From an uncultured Hyphomicrobiales bacterium (GTDB lineage: Bacteria > Pseudomonadota > Alphaproteobacteria > Rhizobiales > Xanthobacteraceae): a stretch of 64,000 nt of DNA. Under the pieces are notes generated by a model, which saw nothing but the letters and a program-made list of their open reading frames with translations, did not search any database and was not told the origin of the DNA. Below are positions 10,146 through 19,671 of this stretch, piece by piece; position 1 is the stretch's first letter, and each line of letters begins with the position of its first letter. Made by a program: the position numbers and the translations under genes. Location: assembly GCA_964575175.1 (NCBI GenBank), contig CAZNPX010000006.1, forward strand, positions 28,578 to 92,577, written 5' to 3'.

Positions 10146-10913
10146 CTATTGAATCCGCGCATCTTTGACGACGAAGTAGCGCTCAAGCCCAAGCACGATG
10201 CCGTACAGCACGCCGCCGATCATGGTGATGAGAATGACCGCCATGAACATCGCGGCGGTATCGAGCGTCACCTGCACCTGGAGCATCAGATAGCCAAGCC
10301 CGCGCTCCGAGCCCAGGAACTCGCCGACGATCGCGCCGGCAACCGCGAGGATCGCCGCGACCTTCATGCCGGAGAAGATGTAGGGCAGCGCGCCGGGGAG
10401 CTGAATCTTCACGAAGAGCTGCCAGCGCGAGCCGCGCAGCGAGCGCACGAGGTCGAGGAGATCGGGCTCGACCTCGCGCAGGCCGCGCGCGGTGGTAAGC
10501 ACGATCGGGAAGAAGCTGATCGCGAAAGCCATCAAGGTGTTCGGCCAGATGCCGTAGCGGAACCACACGATCATCAGGGGCCCGAGCGCCACTTTCGGAA
10601 TCATGTTGAGGCTCACGAGCAGCGGCATTGCGAACATCTCGAGCCAGCGGAACCACGAGAACAGCAGCGCCGTCAGAATTCCGAACACCGCAGCGAGCAG
10701 GAAGCCGCCGAAAATTTCGATCGAGGTGGCGAGGATATTCTCGAGCCAGCGATAATTCGGCACGACCAGCGCGTGAAGCGTGTCGTAGGGCGTCGGCATG
10801 ACGACCTTCGGAATATTTCCGTACACGACGAAGAAGTGCCAGACCGCGACAAGGATCAAATGGCTGAGCACGGCCAGCGCATAGCGCTGTACCTGCTCGT
10901 TGCTACCGCTCAT
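10146..10913 (-). CDS. ABC transporter permease (NitT/TauT type)
   Basis: Multi-TM ORF. Start reset to ATG 10913, preceded by a GGGGAGAA SD. Confidence 0.85.
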   Translation of the reverse strand: MSGSNEQVQRYALAVLSHLILVAVWHFFVVYGNIPKVVMPTPYDTLHALVVPNYRWLENILATSIEIFGGFLLAAVFGILTALLFSWFRWLEMFAMPLLVSLNMIPKVALGPLMIVWFRYGIWPNTLMAFAISFFPIVLTTARGLREVEPDLLDLVRSLRGSRWQLFVKIQLPGALPYIFSGMKVAAILAVAGAIVGEFLGSERGLGYLMLQVQVTLDTAAMFMAVILITMIGGVLYGIVLGLERYFVVKDARIQ

Positions 10914-10980
10914 GACTGTTCTCCCCTTCCCGTTCCGACTATCCGGGAAGCCGTAGATACCCGCAAGCCGCAAAAATACT

Positions 10981-12042
10981 TCATGCAAGCCACCGCGCCA
11001 GATTCTCGCGCACGAAGGCGTCGTCGTTCAGATGCGGATAGGCCGCCGAGATGCGGTCGATCTCTTCCTTCTGGCCCGGCCCGAGCGTTTCCTTCGGGTC
11101 GAGGCACCAGGTGCCTTCGAGCAGACCCTGACGGCGAAGGATTTCGTGGCAGCCGCAGATCACGCCATGAAAATCATTCGCGACATCGAAGATCGCCGCG
11201 TTGCAGTCGGTGACCTGCGAGTCGAGCGCCAGCATTTCCGCCGAGACGGACGCCTGTGCCACCTCTTGCTGCGCGCGCTCCAGCAACTCCACCGCGCGCT
11301 TCGCCCAGCAGCTCCAGTGTCCGAGCAGGCCGCCTTTGATGCGCACCGTGACCGGTTTGCCGCTGCGCATGACGACGAAAGGCGTCACGAGATCGAGCAC
11401 GATATGGTCGTCGTTGCCCGTATAAAGAGTGATGCGGTCCTCGGCTTTCGCATCCACCACGCCGCGAATCACGTCGAGGGTGCGATAGCGGTTGAAGGGC
11501 GCCATCTTGATCGCGACGACATTCTCGATTTCCGCGAACCGTTTCCAGAACGAAGCGGGCAACACCAGGCCGCCTACCGCGGGCTGCAAATAGAATCCGA
11601 CCAGCGGAATCTCGGCCGCGACCTGCTTGGCGTGCTCGATCAGCTCGTCTTCGGACGCGCCTTTCATCGCCGCAAGCGACAGAAGTCCCGCGTGATAGCC
11701 GAGCCCGGCCGCGGTCTGCGCTTCCCGGATCGCCTGTGCGGTCTTGCCCGCAAGCCCCGCAACCATCACGAGCGGCTTCGCGGTCCATTCCCGCGCGGTG
11801 TTCATCGCCAGCGAAAGCACCGGTTCGTAGAGGCCGACATCGCGAATCGCGAACTGCGTGGTGTGGACGCCGACCGCGAGCCCGCCCGAACCGGCATCGA
11901 TATAGTAACGGGACAGCGCGCGCTGGCGGCGCTCGTCGAGCTTGCGCGAAGCATCGAGCGCAAGCGGATGCGCGGGAATTACCGCGCCCTTGCGCAATAC
12001 GGCCAGCACTTCCGGCGGCAGATCCGTCCAGCGTAACGCCAC
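10981..12042 (-). CDS. dihydrodipicolinate synthase family protein (second DHDPS-superfamily paralog)
   Basis: Start reset to GTG 12042, preceded by a GGGAGAGG SD. The 423-aa ORF-track version runs across operator copy B. Start is approximate. Confidence 0.65.
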   Translation of the reverse strand: MALRWTDLPPEVLAVLRKGAVIPAHPLALDASRKLDERRQRALSRYYIDAGSGGLAVGVHTTQFAIRDVGLYEPVLSLAMNTAREWTAKPLVMVAGLAGKTAQAIREAQTAAGLGYHAGLLSLAAMKGASEDELIEHAKQVAAEIPLVGFYLQPAVGGLVLPASFWKRFAEIENVVAIKMAPFNRYRTLDVIRGVVDAKAEDRITLYTGNDDHIVLDLVTPFVVMRSGKPVTVRIKGGLLGHWSCWAKRAVELLERAQQEVAQASVSAEMLALDSQVTDCNAAIFDVANDFHGVICGCHEILRRQGLLEGTWCLDPKETLGPGQKEEIDRISAAYPHLNDDAFVRENLARWLA

Positions 12043-12154
12043 GCGCCTCTCCCTTCGCCTTCTCCCGGCCCTTGTCGCGGCAATGCCGGAGTTCATCCGT
12101 CCCGCGCTCATTTTCGCGCCATTTGACAGGCGCTTTGGCCGCTCATATCGTCTT

Positions 12155-12170
12155 GTAACCAGATAGTTAC
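12155..12170. promoter_or_regulatory. 16-bp palindrome GTAACCAGATAGTTAC (operator copy B)
   Basis: Lies in the divergent intergenic region between the DHDPS-like operon (-) and the substrate-binding protein gene (+). Confidence 0.55.
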
Positions 12171-12241
12171 ATCGAAACTTCGCCGCCTGTCGAGAACCGG
12201 ATGACCGGCCAATGCGGCGAAAGGCTACGGGAGGAAGTCTG

Positions 12242-13255
12242 ATGAAAGCCACACTGAAATTTGCGTCCGCAATTTTCGCCGCTGCCTTGCTGGCACCGGC
12301 GAGCGCATCGGCGCAGAAAGTTACCCTGACCCTGAACTGGGTCGTCGGCGGCGACCATGCGCCGTATTTCTACGCGCTCAAGAACGGCTGGTATAAGCAG
12401 GCCGGTCTTGATCTCGACATCGAAGCGGGCCGCGGCTCGGCGGCTTCCGCGCAGAAGGTCGCGGCCGGCAGCTCGCAGATCGGTCTTTCCGATATGGCGG
12501 GCGTGCTCAACTTCATCGGCAAGGGCGCGAACCTCGTCGGCGTCATGAACATCTACGCCAACTCGCCGCAGGGCCTCTACTGGAAGAAAAGCTCGGGCAT
12601 CAAGGGCGTCAAGGATCTCGCCGGCAAGCGCATCGGCAATCCGGCCGGCGACGGCGCGCGCACGATGTGGCCCGCGCTTGCGAGAGCGAACGGCATCGAC
12701 CCGAACTCGGTGATCTGGGTCAATATCGACGCGAACTCGAAGCTCGCCGCGCTGAAATCCGGCGCGATCGACGCGACCACGTCGTTCTTCAACCTGCATC
12801 ACGTTTTCGCCCGCGAGCTCGGCGATGACATGGGCTTCCTCGCCTGGCGCGAAGGCGGCATCAATCCTTACGGCAACTCGCTCATCGTCAACGGCGACTG
12901 GCTGAAGAACAACAAGGACAAGGTCGCGGCCTTCGTGAAGGTGACGCAGCGGGCTTTCGCCGAATGCGCGAAGAAGCCCGAACCGTGCGTGCAGGCGATG
13001 GTCGAAATGAACGGCGCGCTCAAGTTCGACAACGAGCTGACCAACTGGCACCTCGTCTCGATCCTGATGAGCGACGATACTTCGAAGAACGTGGCGCTCG
13101 GCTGGCATGACGACAAGCGCATGAAGGCCGACTACGATCTCGTCGACCAGTATCTCAAGATCGAGAAGCCGTACGACATCAAGAACGCCTATACCAACGA
13201 GTTCCTCGACAAGAACGTGAAGATGCCGGCGATCAATCCGCCGAAGCTCTACTGA
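12242..13255 (+). CDS. ABC transporter substrate-binding protein (NMT1/THI5-like)
   Basis: Signal peptide MKATLKFASAIFAAALLAPASASAQ. GGGAGGAAG SD upstream of ATG 12242. Confidence 0.85.
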   Translation: MKATLKFASAIFAAALLAPASASAQKVTLTLNWVVGGDHAPYFYALKNGWYKQAGLDLDIEAGRGSAASAQKVAAGSSQIGLSDMAGVLNFIGKGANLVGVMNIYANSPQGLYWKKSSGIKGVKDLAGKRIGNPAGDGARTMWPALARANGIDPNSVIWVNIDANSKLAALKSGAIDATTSFFNLHHVFARELGDDMGFLAWREGGINPYGNSLIVNGDWLKNNKDKVAAFVKVTQRAFAECAKKPEPCVQAMVEMNGALKFDNELTNWHLVSILMSDDTSKNVALGWHDDKRMKADYDLVDQYLKIEKPYDIKNAYTNEFLDKNVKMPAINPPKLY

Positions 13256-13276
13256 TCGAGGCGACAGGAATGCGGG

Positions 13277-13306
13277 AAAGGGCCGGCTCACCGCCGGCCC
13301 TTTTTT
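13277..13306. terminator. bidirectional rho-independent terminator
   Basis: AAAGGGCCGG-CTCACCG-CCGGCCCTTTTTT between convergent genes: GC stem flanked by an A-run and a T-run. Confidence 0.75.
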
Positions 13307-14163
13307 CAGCCGAGCTCGGGGCCGGCGACCGCGAAGGTGTTCGGCAAAGACTGAAAGCTTTCGGAGCGGCGAAGCATCATGCGCGTGTAAGGGCGCTCAT
13401 GCACGAAGCCTGCCGCCGCGAGCCGATCGAGCAGGATGCGCTTGTCGTCCATGACATCGATATAGACCGGCGCGGTCACGGAGGTGAGCGCGTGATCGAG
13501 CAGCGCGCATGCGACGGCTTCGCTGTCGGCGACAAGGGGGCCGACCTGGGCGGCCCTCCTCCCCGTTCGCCCGAGCATGAAGCCCGCGATGCCGTCTCCG
13601 CTGCGGACCAGGGCGTCCCCGCCGGGTAGCCGCCCGCGCAAGCGGGACAGCACTGCGCTGCGGTCGGCGCCGAAGCGCGCGGCGTCATACGCGCAGAGCG
13701 CATCCCAATCCGCATCGCGCACCGGCTCGACACGCAGCACATTCGCCGGGGGCTGCGGTATCACCGGCTCTTTCAACAGCATGCGCTGAAACGGCCAGGA
13801 ATCCTGAAAGCCGAGGCCGAGATACACGGCGCGCCCCGCCGGGGTGGCGTCGAGAATGGGCACGAGCCCCGCCGCCGTGAGGTCGGCGATGCAGCGCTCC
13901 ATCATGCGCGTGGCAAGCCCCTGCCGGCGGTAGCTGCCCGAAATCAGAACCATGCTGATCCACGCGAATGTTCCGCCATAGGGCAGCGTCGCCGCGGTCG
14001 CGATCACCCTGCCCTTGTCGCGCAGCGCGTAAACGGTGCCGAAATCCAGAAATATCCGCCAGTCGGCCTCGGTCTGGTTCCAGCCAGCTTCCTTTACGAG
14101 CGCATCCGCATCGGCGACGCCACTTGCGGTCAGCCGGCCGATCTCGAAATCAGAATTTGCCAT
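13306..14163 (-). CDS. GNAT family N-acetyltransferase
   Basis: Acetyl-CoA binding-type motif (RRQGLATRMMERCI). Start set to ATG 14163 (MANSDFEIGRL), overlapping the upstream gene by 14 nt. Start is approximate. Confidence 0.7.
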   Translation of the reverse strand: MANSDFEIGRLTASGVADADALVKEAGWNQTEADWRIFLDFGTVYALRDKGRVIATAATLPYGGTFAWISMVLISGSYRRQGLATRMMERCIADLTAAGLVPILDATPAGRAVYLGLGFQDSWPFQRMLLKEPVIPQPPANVLRVEPVRDADWDALCAYDAARFGADRSAVLSRLRGRLPGGDALVRSGDGIAGFMLGRTGRRAAQVGPLVADSEAVACALLDHALTSVTAPVYIDVMDDKRILLDRLAAAGFVHERPYTRMMLRRSESFQSLPNTFAVAGPELG

Positions 14164-15190
14164 CGCGGGTATCGTAATGGGTTTCCTTGCCGAGGCTGCG
14201 CTGATCGCGCGCGATCCAGTCGGCGGTCCAGGCAATCATGCGCTCCAAGGGCACCGGGGGCTCGCCCAGCAGCTTGCGCGCCTGCGCCGTGTTCACGAGC
14301 CAGCCATCGGCGGCTTCGGTCCCGCTGAATTGCGGCGCGCGGCCGAAGCGCCTGCCGAACTCCCCCGCAAGCCAGCGGATGCCGATGGTTTCGGGACCGC
14401 TGATATTGATCGGGCTCGCGGGCACCGTGCAATGCGCGAGCATGCGCAGGATCATCGTATTGGCGTCGCCCTGCCAGATCACGTTCACATGACCGGCGGC
14501 GAGATCGATGACGCGGCCGGAATATACCTTCGCCGCTACGTCGTGCAGCACGCCGTAGCGCATGTCGATCGCGTAATTGAGCCGGATGATGCGCCCGGGC
14601 GTGCCGTGTTTGTGCGAGAAGTGCTCGAACATGGCTTCGCGCGCGACACACGAATTGGCATAGGCGCCCGGCGGCGGAACCGCGGGCGTTTCCTCGGTGG
14701 CGCCGCCCTTGGTGACATCCACATAAGGATAGACGCAGCCGGTCGAGAAGGCGACGATCCGCGACCGCGCGAAGACTTCCGCGACCATCGCCGGCACATG
14801 CGCGTTCATCGCCCAGGTGAGATGCTCGGCGCCGGTCGAGCCGAACTTGCGGCCCGCCATGAAGACCACGTTCGGGGATTGCGGCAGCTTCTCGAGGCTC
14901 GCGCGATCCAGAAGATCGGCTTCGATGCACTCGATGTCCCAGGAGCGGAGCTTTTCGCGCAGGCCCGCTTCGCTGAACCGCGCCACGCCGATGACGCGGC
15001 GGCCGGGAACCGCGCGCTTGGCGAGGCGCGCGAGCGTCGGTCCCATCTTTCCGCCCACCCCCAGCACCAGAATATCGCCCGGCGCCTTTTCGAGATCCGC
15101 CCGCAACAAATCCGAGGGCTGCGTCATGAAGTCTTCGAGCGCCGCTTCGTCGCGGAAGGTTTCCGGCAGCGCGTCTGCGGCGATGTTCAT
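14150..15190 (-). CDS. NAD-dependent epimerase/dehydratase family protein
   Basis: 346-aa ORF with a Rossmann motif (ILVLGVGGKMG) and extended-SDR layout. Confidence 0.8.
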   Translation of the reverse strand: MNIAADALPETFRDEAALEDFMTQPSDLLRADLEKAPGDILVLGVGGKMGPTLARLAKRAVPGRRVIGVARFSEAGLREKLRSWDIECIEADLLDRASLEKLPQSPNVVFMAGRKFGSTGAEHLTWAMNAHVPAMVAEVFARSRIVAFSTGCVYPYVDVTKGGATEETPAVPPPGAYANSCVAREAMFEHFSHKHGTPGRIIRLNYAIDMRYGVLHDVAAKVYSGRVIDLAAGHVNVIWQGDANTMILRMLAHCTVPASPINISGPETIGIRWLAGEFGRRFGRAPQFSGTEAADGWLVNTAQARKLLGEPPVPLERMIAWTADWIARDQRSLGKETHYDTRDGKF

Positions 15191-15291
15191 GGCGTTGTCC
15201 CCGTCCTTTTTCTTGCTTCGTTATTCTTCTGCTTCGTTATTCCCGGCGGCTTTTCATTTTTCTTGGCGCTTGCGCCGCCGCCGCGCTATAA

Positions 15292-15307
15292 GTAACCAAC
15301 TAGATAC
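15292..15307. promoter_or_regulatory. 16-bp palindrome GTAACCAACTAGATAC (operator copy C)
   Basis: Lies in the divergent intergenic region between the epimerase-GNAT operon (-) and the MetE-like gene (+). 14/16 identical to copy A. Confidence 0.5.
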
Positions 15308-15372
15308 TTACGATCTTATGGCGCGTAAAGACGCCGGGCAACCGCCGCAAGCAAGCCTCGGGAGTAGAAGAC

Positions 15373-16398
15373 ATGGCCAATGCAGCACGAATCCAGACCA
15401 CCGTGGTCGGCTCCTATCCGGTGCCGGAATGGCTCACCGCGCTTCCCTCCGAGCAGGCGGTGATCGACGCGACCCGCGTGGTGCTGCACACGCAGGAACA
15501 GGCCGGCATCGATCTCGTCTGCGACGGCGAGCTTTCGCGCTTCGACGTCAATCACCCCGAAACCAACGGCATGATCGAATATTTCGTGCGGCCGATGGCG
15601 GGCATCCGCACCGCGATCACCTTCGACGAGCTGGTGGAATATCGCGCCATGAGCTCGATGCGCTTCCGCACGCGCCCGCCGGGACTGGTCGACGGCCCGG
15701 TCAGCTCCGGCACGCTCGATCTGCCGCAAGCCTATCAGCGCGCTCGCGCGCTCACGCACAAGCCGTTCAAGTTCACCGTGACCGGCCCGCACATGCTGGC
15801 GAAGACGCTCCTGGACAAGCACTACAAGAAGCTGCCCGACCTCGCCTTCGCGATCGCGGACGCGCTCGCCGAACAGGTGAAATATATCGACGCCGACGTG
15901 GTGCAGATCGACGAGGCCAATCTTCCCGGCAGCCCGGACGAATGGAAGTGGGCGGCGGAAGCGATCAACCGCGTGCTCAAAGCCGTGAAGAAGAAGCCCG
16001 CCGTGCATCTGTGCTTCGGCAATTACGGCGGCCAGTCGATCCAGAAGGGCACCTGGAACCAGTTGATGAATTATCTCAACGCGCTTCACGCCGATCACAT
16101 CGTGATGGAAAACGCGCATCGCCCGGCCGACGAGCTCGCCGCCTTCCGCGAACTTAAACCCGAAATCGGGTTTGGCCTCGGCGTCGTCGACGTCAAGGCG
16201 ACGGTGATCGAAAGCGCGGATTCGATCGCGCGGCAGATCGAGCGCGCCGAAACCATGATCGGCGCCGGCCGCGTGAAATATATCCACCCCGACTGCGGCT
16301 TCTGGATGCTCAAGCGCTCGATCGCGGACGGCAAGATCCGCGCGCTCGTTGAAGGCCGCGATCTCTATGAAGGCCGGAGCAAGCCGCAGGTCGCCTGA
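15373..16398 (+). CDS. cobalamin-independent methionine synthase II (MetE C-terminal-like) family protein
   Basis: 341-aa ORF. N-terminus TTVVGSYPVPEWL and HLCFGNYGG / HPDCGF metal-site-like motifs are typical of the MetE catalytic-domain family. Confidence 0.8.
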   Translation: MANAARIQTTVVGSYPVPEWLTALPSEQAVIDATRVVLHTQEQAGIDLVCDGELSRFDVNHPETNGMIEYFVRPMAGIRTAITFDELVEYRAMSSMRFRTRPPGLVDGPVSSGTLDLPQAYQRARALTHKPFKFTVTGPHMLAKTLLDKHYKKLPDLAFAIADALAEQVKYIDADVVQIDEANLPGSPDEWKWAAEAINRVLKAVKKKPAVHLCFGNYGGQSIQKGTWNQLMNYLNALHADHIVMENAHRPADELAAFRELKPEIGFGLGVVDVKATVIESADSIARQIERAETMIGAGRVKYIHPDCGFWMLKRSIADGKIRALVEGRDLYEGRSKPQVA

Positions 16399-16420
16399 CC
16401 GCCGTCATCATTCCGGTGTC

Positions 16421-16454
16421 ATTCCGGGGCGCGTCGAAAACGCGATCCCGGAAT
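16421..16454. repeat. REP-like imperfect hairpin (ATTCCGGGGCGCGT-cgaaa-ACGCGATCCCGGAAT)
   Basis: Inverted repeat read directly. Resembles the GTCATTCCGGGGCG...CCCGGAAT extragenic repeat class common in Bradyrhizobiaceae genomes. Confidence 0.6.
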
Positions 16455-16493
16455 CGGAGACTGCTCGCACGGGCTTGGCCTCGCCTGCGCGCT

Positions 16494-16538
16494 TCATCCC
16501 GAGAAGCGCGAACATACTTCGCGCGCCTCGAAGGATGA
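16494..16538. repeat. REP-like imperfect hairpin (TCATCCCGAGAAGCGCGAA...TTCGCGCGCCTCGAAGGATGA)
   Basis: Inverted repeat read directly. Resembles a second extragenic repeat class (TCATCC...CTCGAAGGATGA) of the same bacterial group. Confidence 0.55.
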
Positions 16539-17189
16539 GCGGCACTTGGGTATTGCCGATTCGGTTTCCAAACAGCGCGCATGCCAATGCATCCCTGCAA
16601 GTCGAGGGGGCGGAGCGCCGCGAAGCGCCAGGGACTTTCAGGTCGCATCCTTTTCGTTTGCGCGATGATGCGAGCATCAGGCGCAGGCGAAAGGACGCGC
16701 GTCGCTTCGCAGCGCTCCGCTTCGGCGATTTTCGGACGCGGGCCGCGCTTTTCGTGAACGCCCTCGCGAGGAAGGCGCTGCTCCGTCAGCCGTGCTCCCG
16801 GCAGGCGAGCCTAGTCTCGCCGGGCGGTGGCCCCGCGCCGTCCCGGAGCGCGGCCGCGAACCGCGCGCGGAGACGCCGGCCGCTTCCCGCGATCAAGACG
16901 CCTCATGAGCGCGCCCTCGACGGAAACGGCATGCGGAACGTAAGCGCATGACGGAAGGCGGGGATAAATTTTTCGCGCATTCCCGGTTCCTGCTGCGCGA
17001 CAAGGAGAAAGCGCGCATGCCGAAAAGTGATTTCCCCGCGGCACTCGCGCTGCGAGTTCTGTGACCCTTCGCGTGGCCGGAATGCCGCGCTGCACTCTAT
17101 TCCAGCGAATCCCGGCTGCGAGCTTTTCCGATAGCGGCTTCACGCCTAGGCTCGCCGGAAAACCGGATCGAAACATGCAAGGAAACGCC

Positions 17190-18134
17190 ATGCCGAAATT
17201 CACGCTTCGCGCATTCTGCACGAGCCTCTTCGTGCTTGCCTGCCTACCCGCGCAGGCGCAGCTCAGCGCCTTGCCGCCGGAGGTCGCTGAGAAAGTCCGC
17301 GCGCTGGGCCCGGTGATCGATCCTCCGAAGACCGCGCCGATCTTCGCTCCGTTCCAGCAGAAGGAGCCCTATGAAGACGTCGCGGTGAAGCGCGACATCG
17401 CCTACGGGCCGGACGACCGCAACAAGCTCGACGTCTTCACGCCCGCCAAGGCCGATGCGTCGCCGCGCCCCGTGCTGATTTTCGTGCATGGCGGCGCCTA
17501 TATCGCCGGCAACAAGCGGACCGGCACCTCGCCGTTCTACGACAACATCATGCTGGCCGCGGTGAAGAACGGCTTCGTCGGCGTGAACATCACCTATCGT
17601 ATTGCGCCCGCGCATCCGTTTCCGGCCGCGACCGAGGACCTCTCGAAAGCCGTGCAGTGGGTGCTCGCCAACATCGCCGCAAGCGGCGGCGATCCCGCGC
17701 GCGTCTTTCTCTGGGGGCAATCGGCCGGCGCCGCGCATGCCGGAAACTACATCGCCCATACCCAGTTTCACGGTCCGAAGGGAAGCGGCCTCAAGGGCGC
17801 GATCCTGATGTCGGGCATATTCGACCAGACGGTTTTTCCGACCGCGCCGAACGTCGTCGCCTATTTCGGCGAGGATCGCAGCAAGTATGAGGAGCGCTCC
17901 TCGCTGAAGGGCATCGTCGCGTCGAAGCTGCCGCTGCTCGTGATCGACGCCGAGATCGACCCGCCGCCGTTCATCGCGCAGTCGAAACTTCTGAACGACG
18001 CGCTATGCGCGGCCGGGCGCTGCCCGGTGCGCATCACGCTGCCGGGGCACAGCCACATGTCCGAGGTCTATTCGATCAATACAGCCGACAGGCAGGTGAT
18101 CGATGCGGTCGCGGCGTTTGCGAAACAGCAATAG
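17190..18134 (+). CDS. secreted alpha/beta hydrolase (carboxylesterase/lipase-type)
   Basis: Start reset to ATG 17190 (AAGGAAA SD). Signal peptide MPKFTLRAFCTSLFVLACLPAQAQ. HGGAY oxyanion motif and GQSAGA nucleophile elbow. Confidence 0.8.
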   Translation: MPKFTLRAFCTSLFVLACLPAQAQLSALPPEVAEKVRALGPVIDPPKTAPIFAPFQQKEPYEDVAVKRDIAYGPDDRNKLDVFTPAKADASPRPVLIFVHGGAYIAGNKRTGTSPFYDNIMLAAVKNGFVGVNITYRIAPAHPFPAATEDLSKAVQWVLANIAASGGDPARVFLWGQSAGAAHAGNYIAHTQFHGPKGSGLKGAILMSGIFDQTVFPTAPNVVAYFGEDRSKYEERSSLKGIVASKLPLLVIDAEIDPPPFIAQSKLLNDALCAAGRCPVRITLPGHSHMSEVYSINTADRQVIDAVAAFAKQQ

Positions 18135-18167
18135 CGAAGGACAAGGCGGTCGCGGCTTCGTGGCTCG

Positions 18168-18192
18168 AGACGCATCGCGGCGCGATGCGTCT
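18168..18192. terminator. GC-rich hairpin between convergent genes (possible bidirectional terminator)
   Basis: AGACGCATCGCG-G-CGCGATGCGTCT is a near-perfect palindrome. No clear U-tract. Confidence 0.4.
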
Positions 18193-18201
18193 TGCCATGA
18201 T

Positions 18202-19626
18202 CTACTTCGTCATCACTTCGCGGAAACGCGCGACCGGCGCCGGGTTGCGGATCATGGTGAGCGGCATCGAGAAGTGGCCACGATCCCAGACGAAGCGGTT
18301 TTCGTCGGGCACGCCCCATGAATCGATCAGGCTCAGCCCGCTCGCATAAGGCGTGATGCGGTCGCGCTTGCCGAGCACGGTGACGATGCGCTCGGGCTTC
18401 ACGGCGGGCAACCGCGCGGGATCGAGCAGCCCGAGCCCGGCTTCGATCCGCTCGCGGCTCCAGCCGCGCTGCTCGGCGTTCAGATCGACGCCGAGAAGAT
18501 TGGCCATGTCGCCGTGAAAGGTCGCATCGGTCATGCGGCCGGAATGGGTAATCAGGAACAGCCCTTCCGGGCGCAGGCGCTCGTCGCGCTCGCCGATTTT
18601 TTCCGCCGCGAACTGCGCAACCAGCGCGCCGAGGCTGGTGCCGCCGAAAGCGAGCGGCGCGTCGGAATTGCGGCGACACCAGTTTGCGATCACCGCCCAT
18701 TCCTGCGCTGCGCCCGTGAAGGCGTCGAACAGGCCGCCGGGAATGCGCGCCATCATCGCCTGCCCGCCGAAACTGCCCAAGGGGCGGCGGCGGCCATGCC
18801 ACGGCGCGACCGGGCGGATCACGCGGAAGCCTTCCGCGCGCAGCGTACGCGCTTCGTCGATCAGCCCGCGCCACTGATCGTATTCGATGCAGATGCCGTG
18901 GCCGAAGATGATCGTCGGCGGATTGGCGACCCCGCGCGGCTCCAGCACGCGGGCGTAAACGGTGTCGCCGAGCAGCGCCGACGGACTCTGGAAGCGCAGC
19001 CAGTAATCGACGCCGGCGGCGCGCTCGACCGGCTTCGAGATTTCGATTTCGGTGTTGCCGGAAGCGATGCCCTCGAGCGACAGGCGCTCGAAGCGGCTGC
19101 CGTAGATCGCCGCGATCTCCTCGGGGCTTTGGGTCTGCGATTTCAGCCGCGGCGGATCGTTGCGCAGCATGAAGCCGAAATGCCGCCGCGCGAGATTATA
19201 AGTGTGGCTCGCGGCATAGCGCGCGGCTTCGATCTCGCGCAGCGCTTCCGGCGCCGAGGCGTCGGCGCCGAAAAACGCCTGCTGCCACGCGGCTTCCGTG
19301 CGCTGCGCAAGCGCGCGCGCGGCCGCGGTCTGGATGAGCGCTTCCGCGAGCTTCTTTTCGTTCGCGCTTTTGCGCGGCAGTTGCGCCGCCTCGAAGAAGT
19401 GTTCGACCGAAGTGCCGGCCTGCTCAGCCGCGGCCCACAGCAGCGAGGACGGCACGAACAGCCGCCGCAGCGCCCAGGAACTGACCGGATCGAACCACGC
19501 CCAGCCGAAGGCGTACCCCTTCAAGGTTCGTCCCCAGTTGCGCGGGGGCCTGGCTTTGTATTGCATGGCGGGAGGCTGTCCGGTCACGAGCGAAAAGAAC
19601 CGCGCGGCTTCGAGGAAACGTTCCAT
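18202..19626 (-). CDS. alpha/beta hydrolase with ~230-aa N-terminal extension of unknown function
   Basis: 474-aa ORF with GGTSLGA nucleophile elbow in the C-terminal half. Start uncertain (alternative ATG at 19566); no clear SD at either. Confidence 0.65.
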   Translation of the reverse strand: MERFLEAARFFSLVTGQPPAMQYKARPPRNWGRTLKGYAFGWAWFDPVSSWALRRLFVPSSLLWAAAEQAGTSVEHFFEAAQLPRKSANEKKLAEALIQTAAARALAQRTEAAWQQAFFGADASAPEALREIEAARYAASHTYNLARRHFGFMLRNDPPRLKSQTQSPEEIAAIYGSRFERLSLEGIASGNTEIEISKPVERAAGVDYWLRFQSPSALLGDTVYARVLEPRGVANPPTIIFGHGICIEYDQWRGLIDEARTLRAEGFRVIRPVAPWHGRRRPLGSFGGQAMMARIPGGLFDAFTGAAQEWAVIANWCRRNSDAPLAFGGTSLGALVAQFAAEKIGERDERLRPEGLFLITHSGRMTDATFHGDMANLLGVDLNAEQRGWSRERIEAGLGLLDPARLPAVKPERIVTVLGKRDRITPYASGLSLIDSWGVPDENRFVWDRGHFSMPLTMIRNPAPVARFREVMTK

Positions 19627-19671
19627 AGCGGATGACAGGTCCGCCGTCTCGCAGGGATTGGGGGCAGAATT

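Noticed and set aside
16349-17221. ORFs 16349..16951 (+, 200 aa) and 16811..17221 (-, 136 aa) as hypothetical proteins
   Set aside because: They are translations of REP-type palindromes and GC-rich spacer. They have no SD, no domain pattern, and overlap each other.
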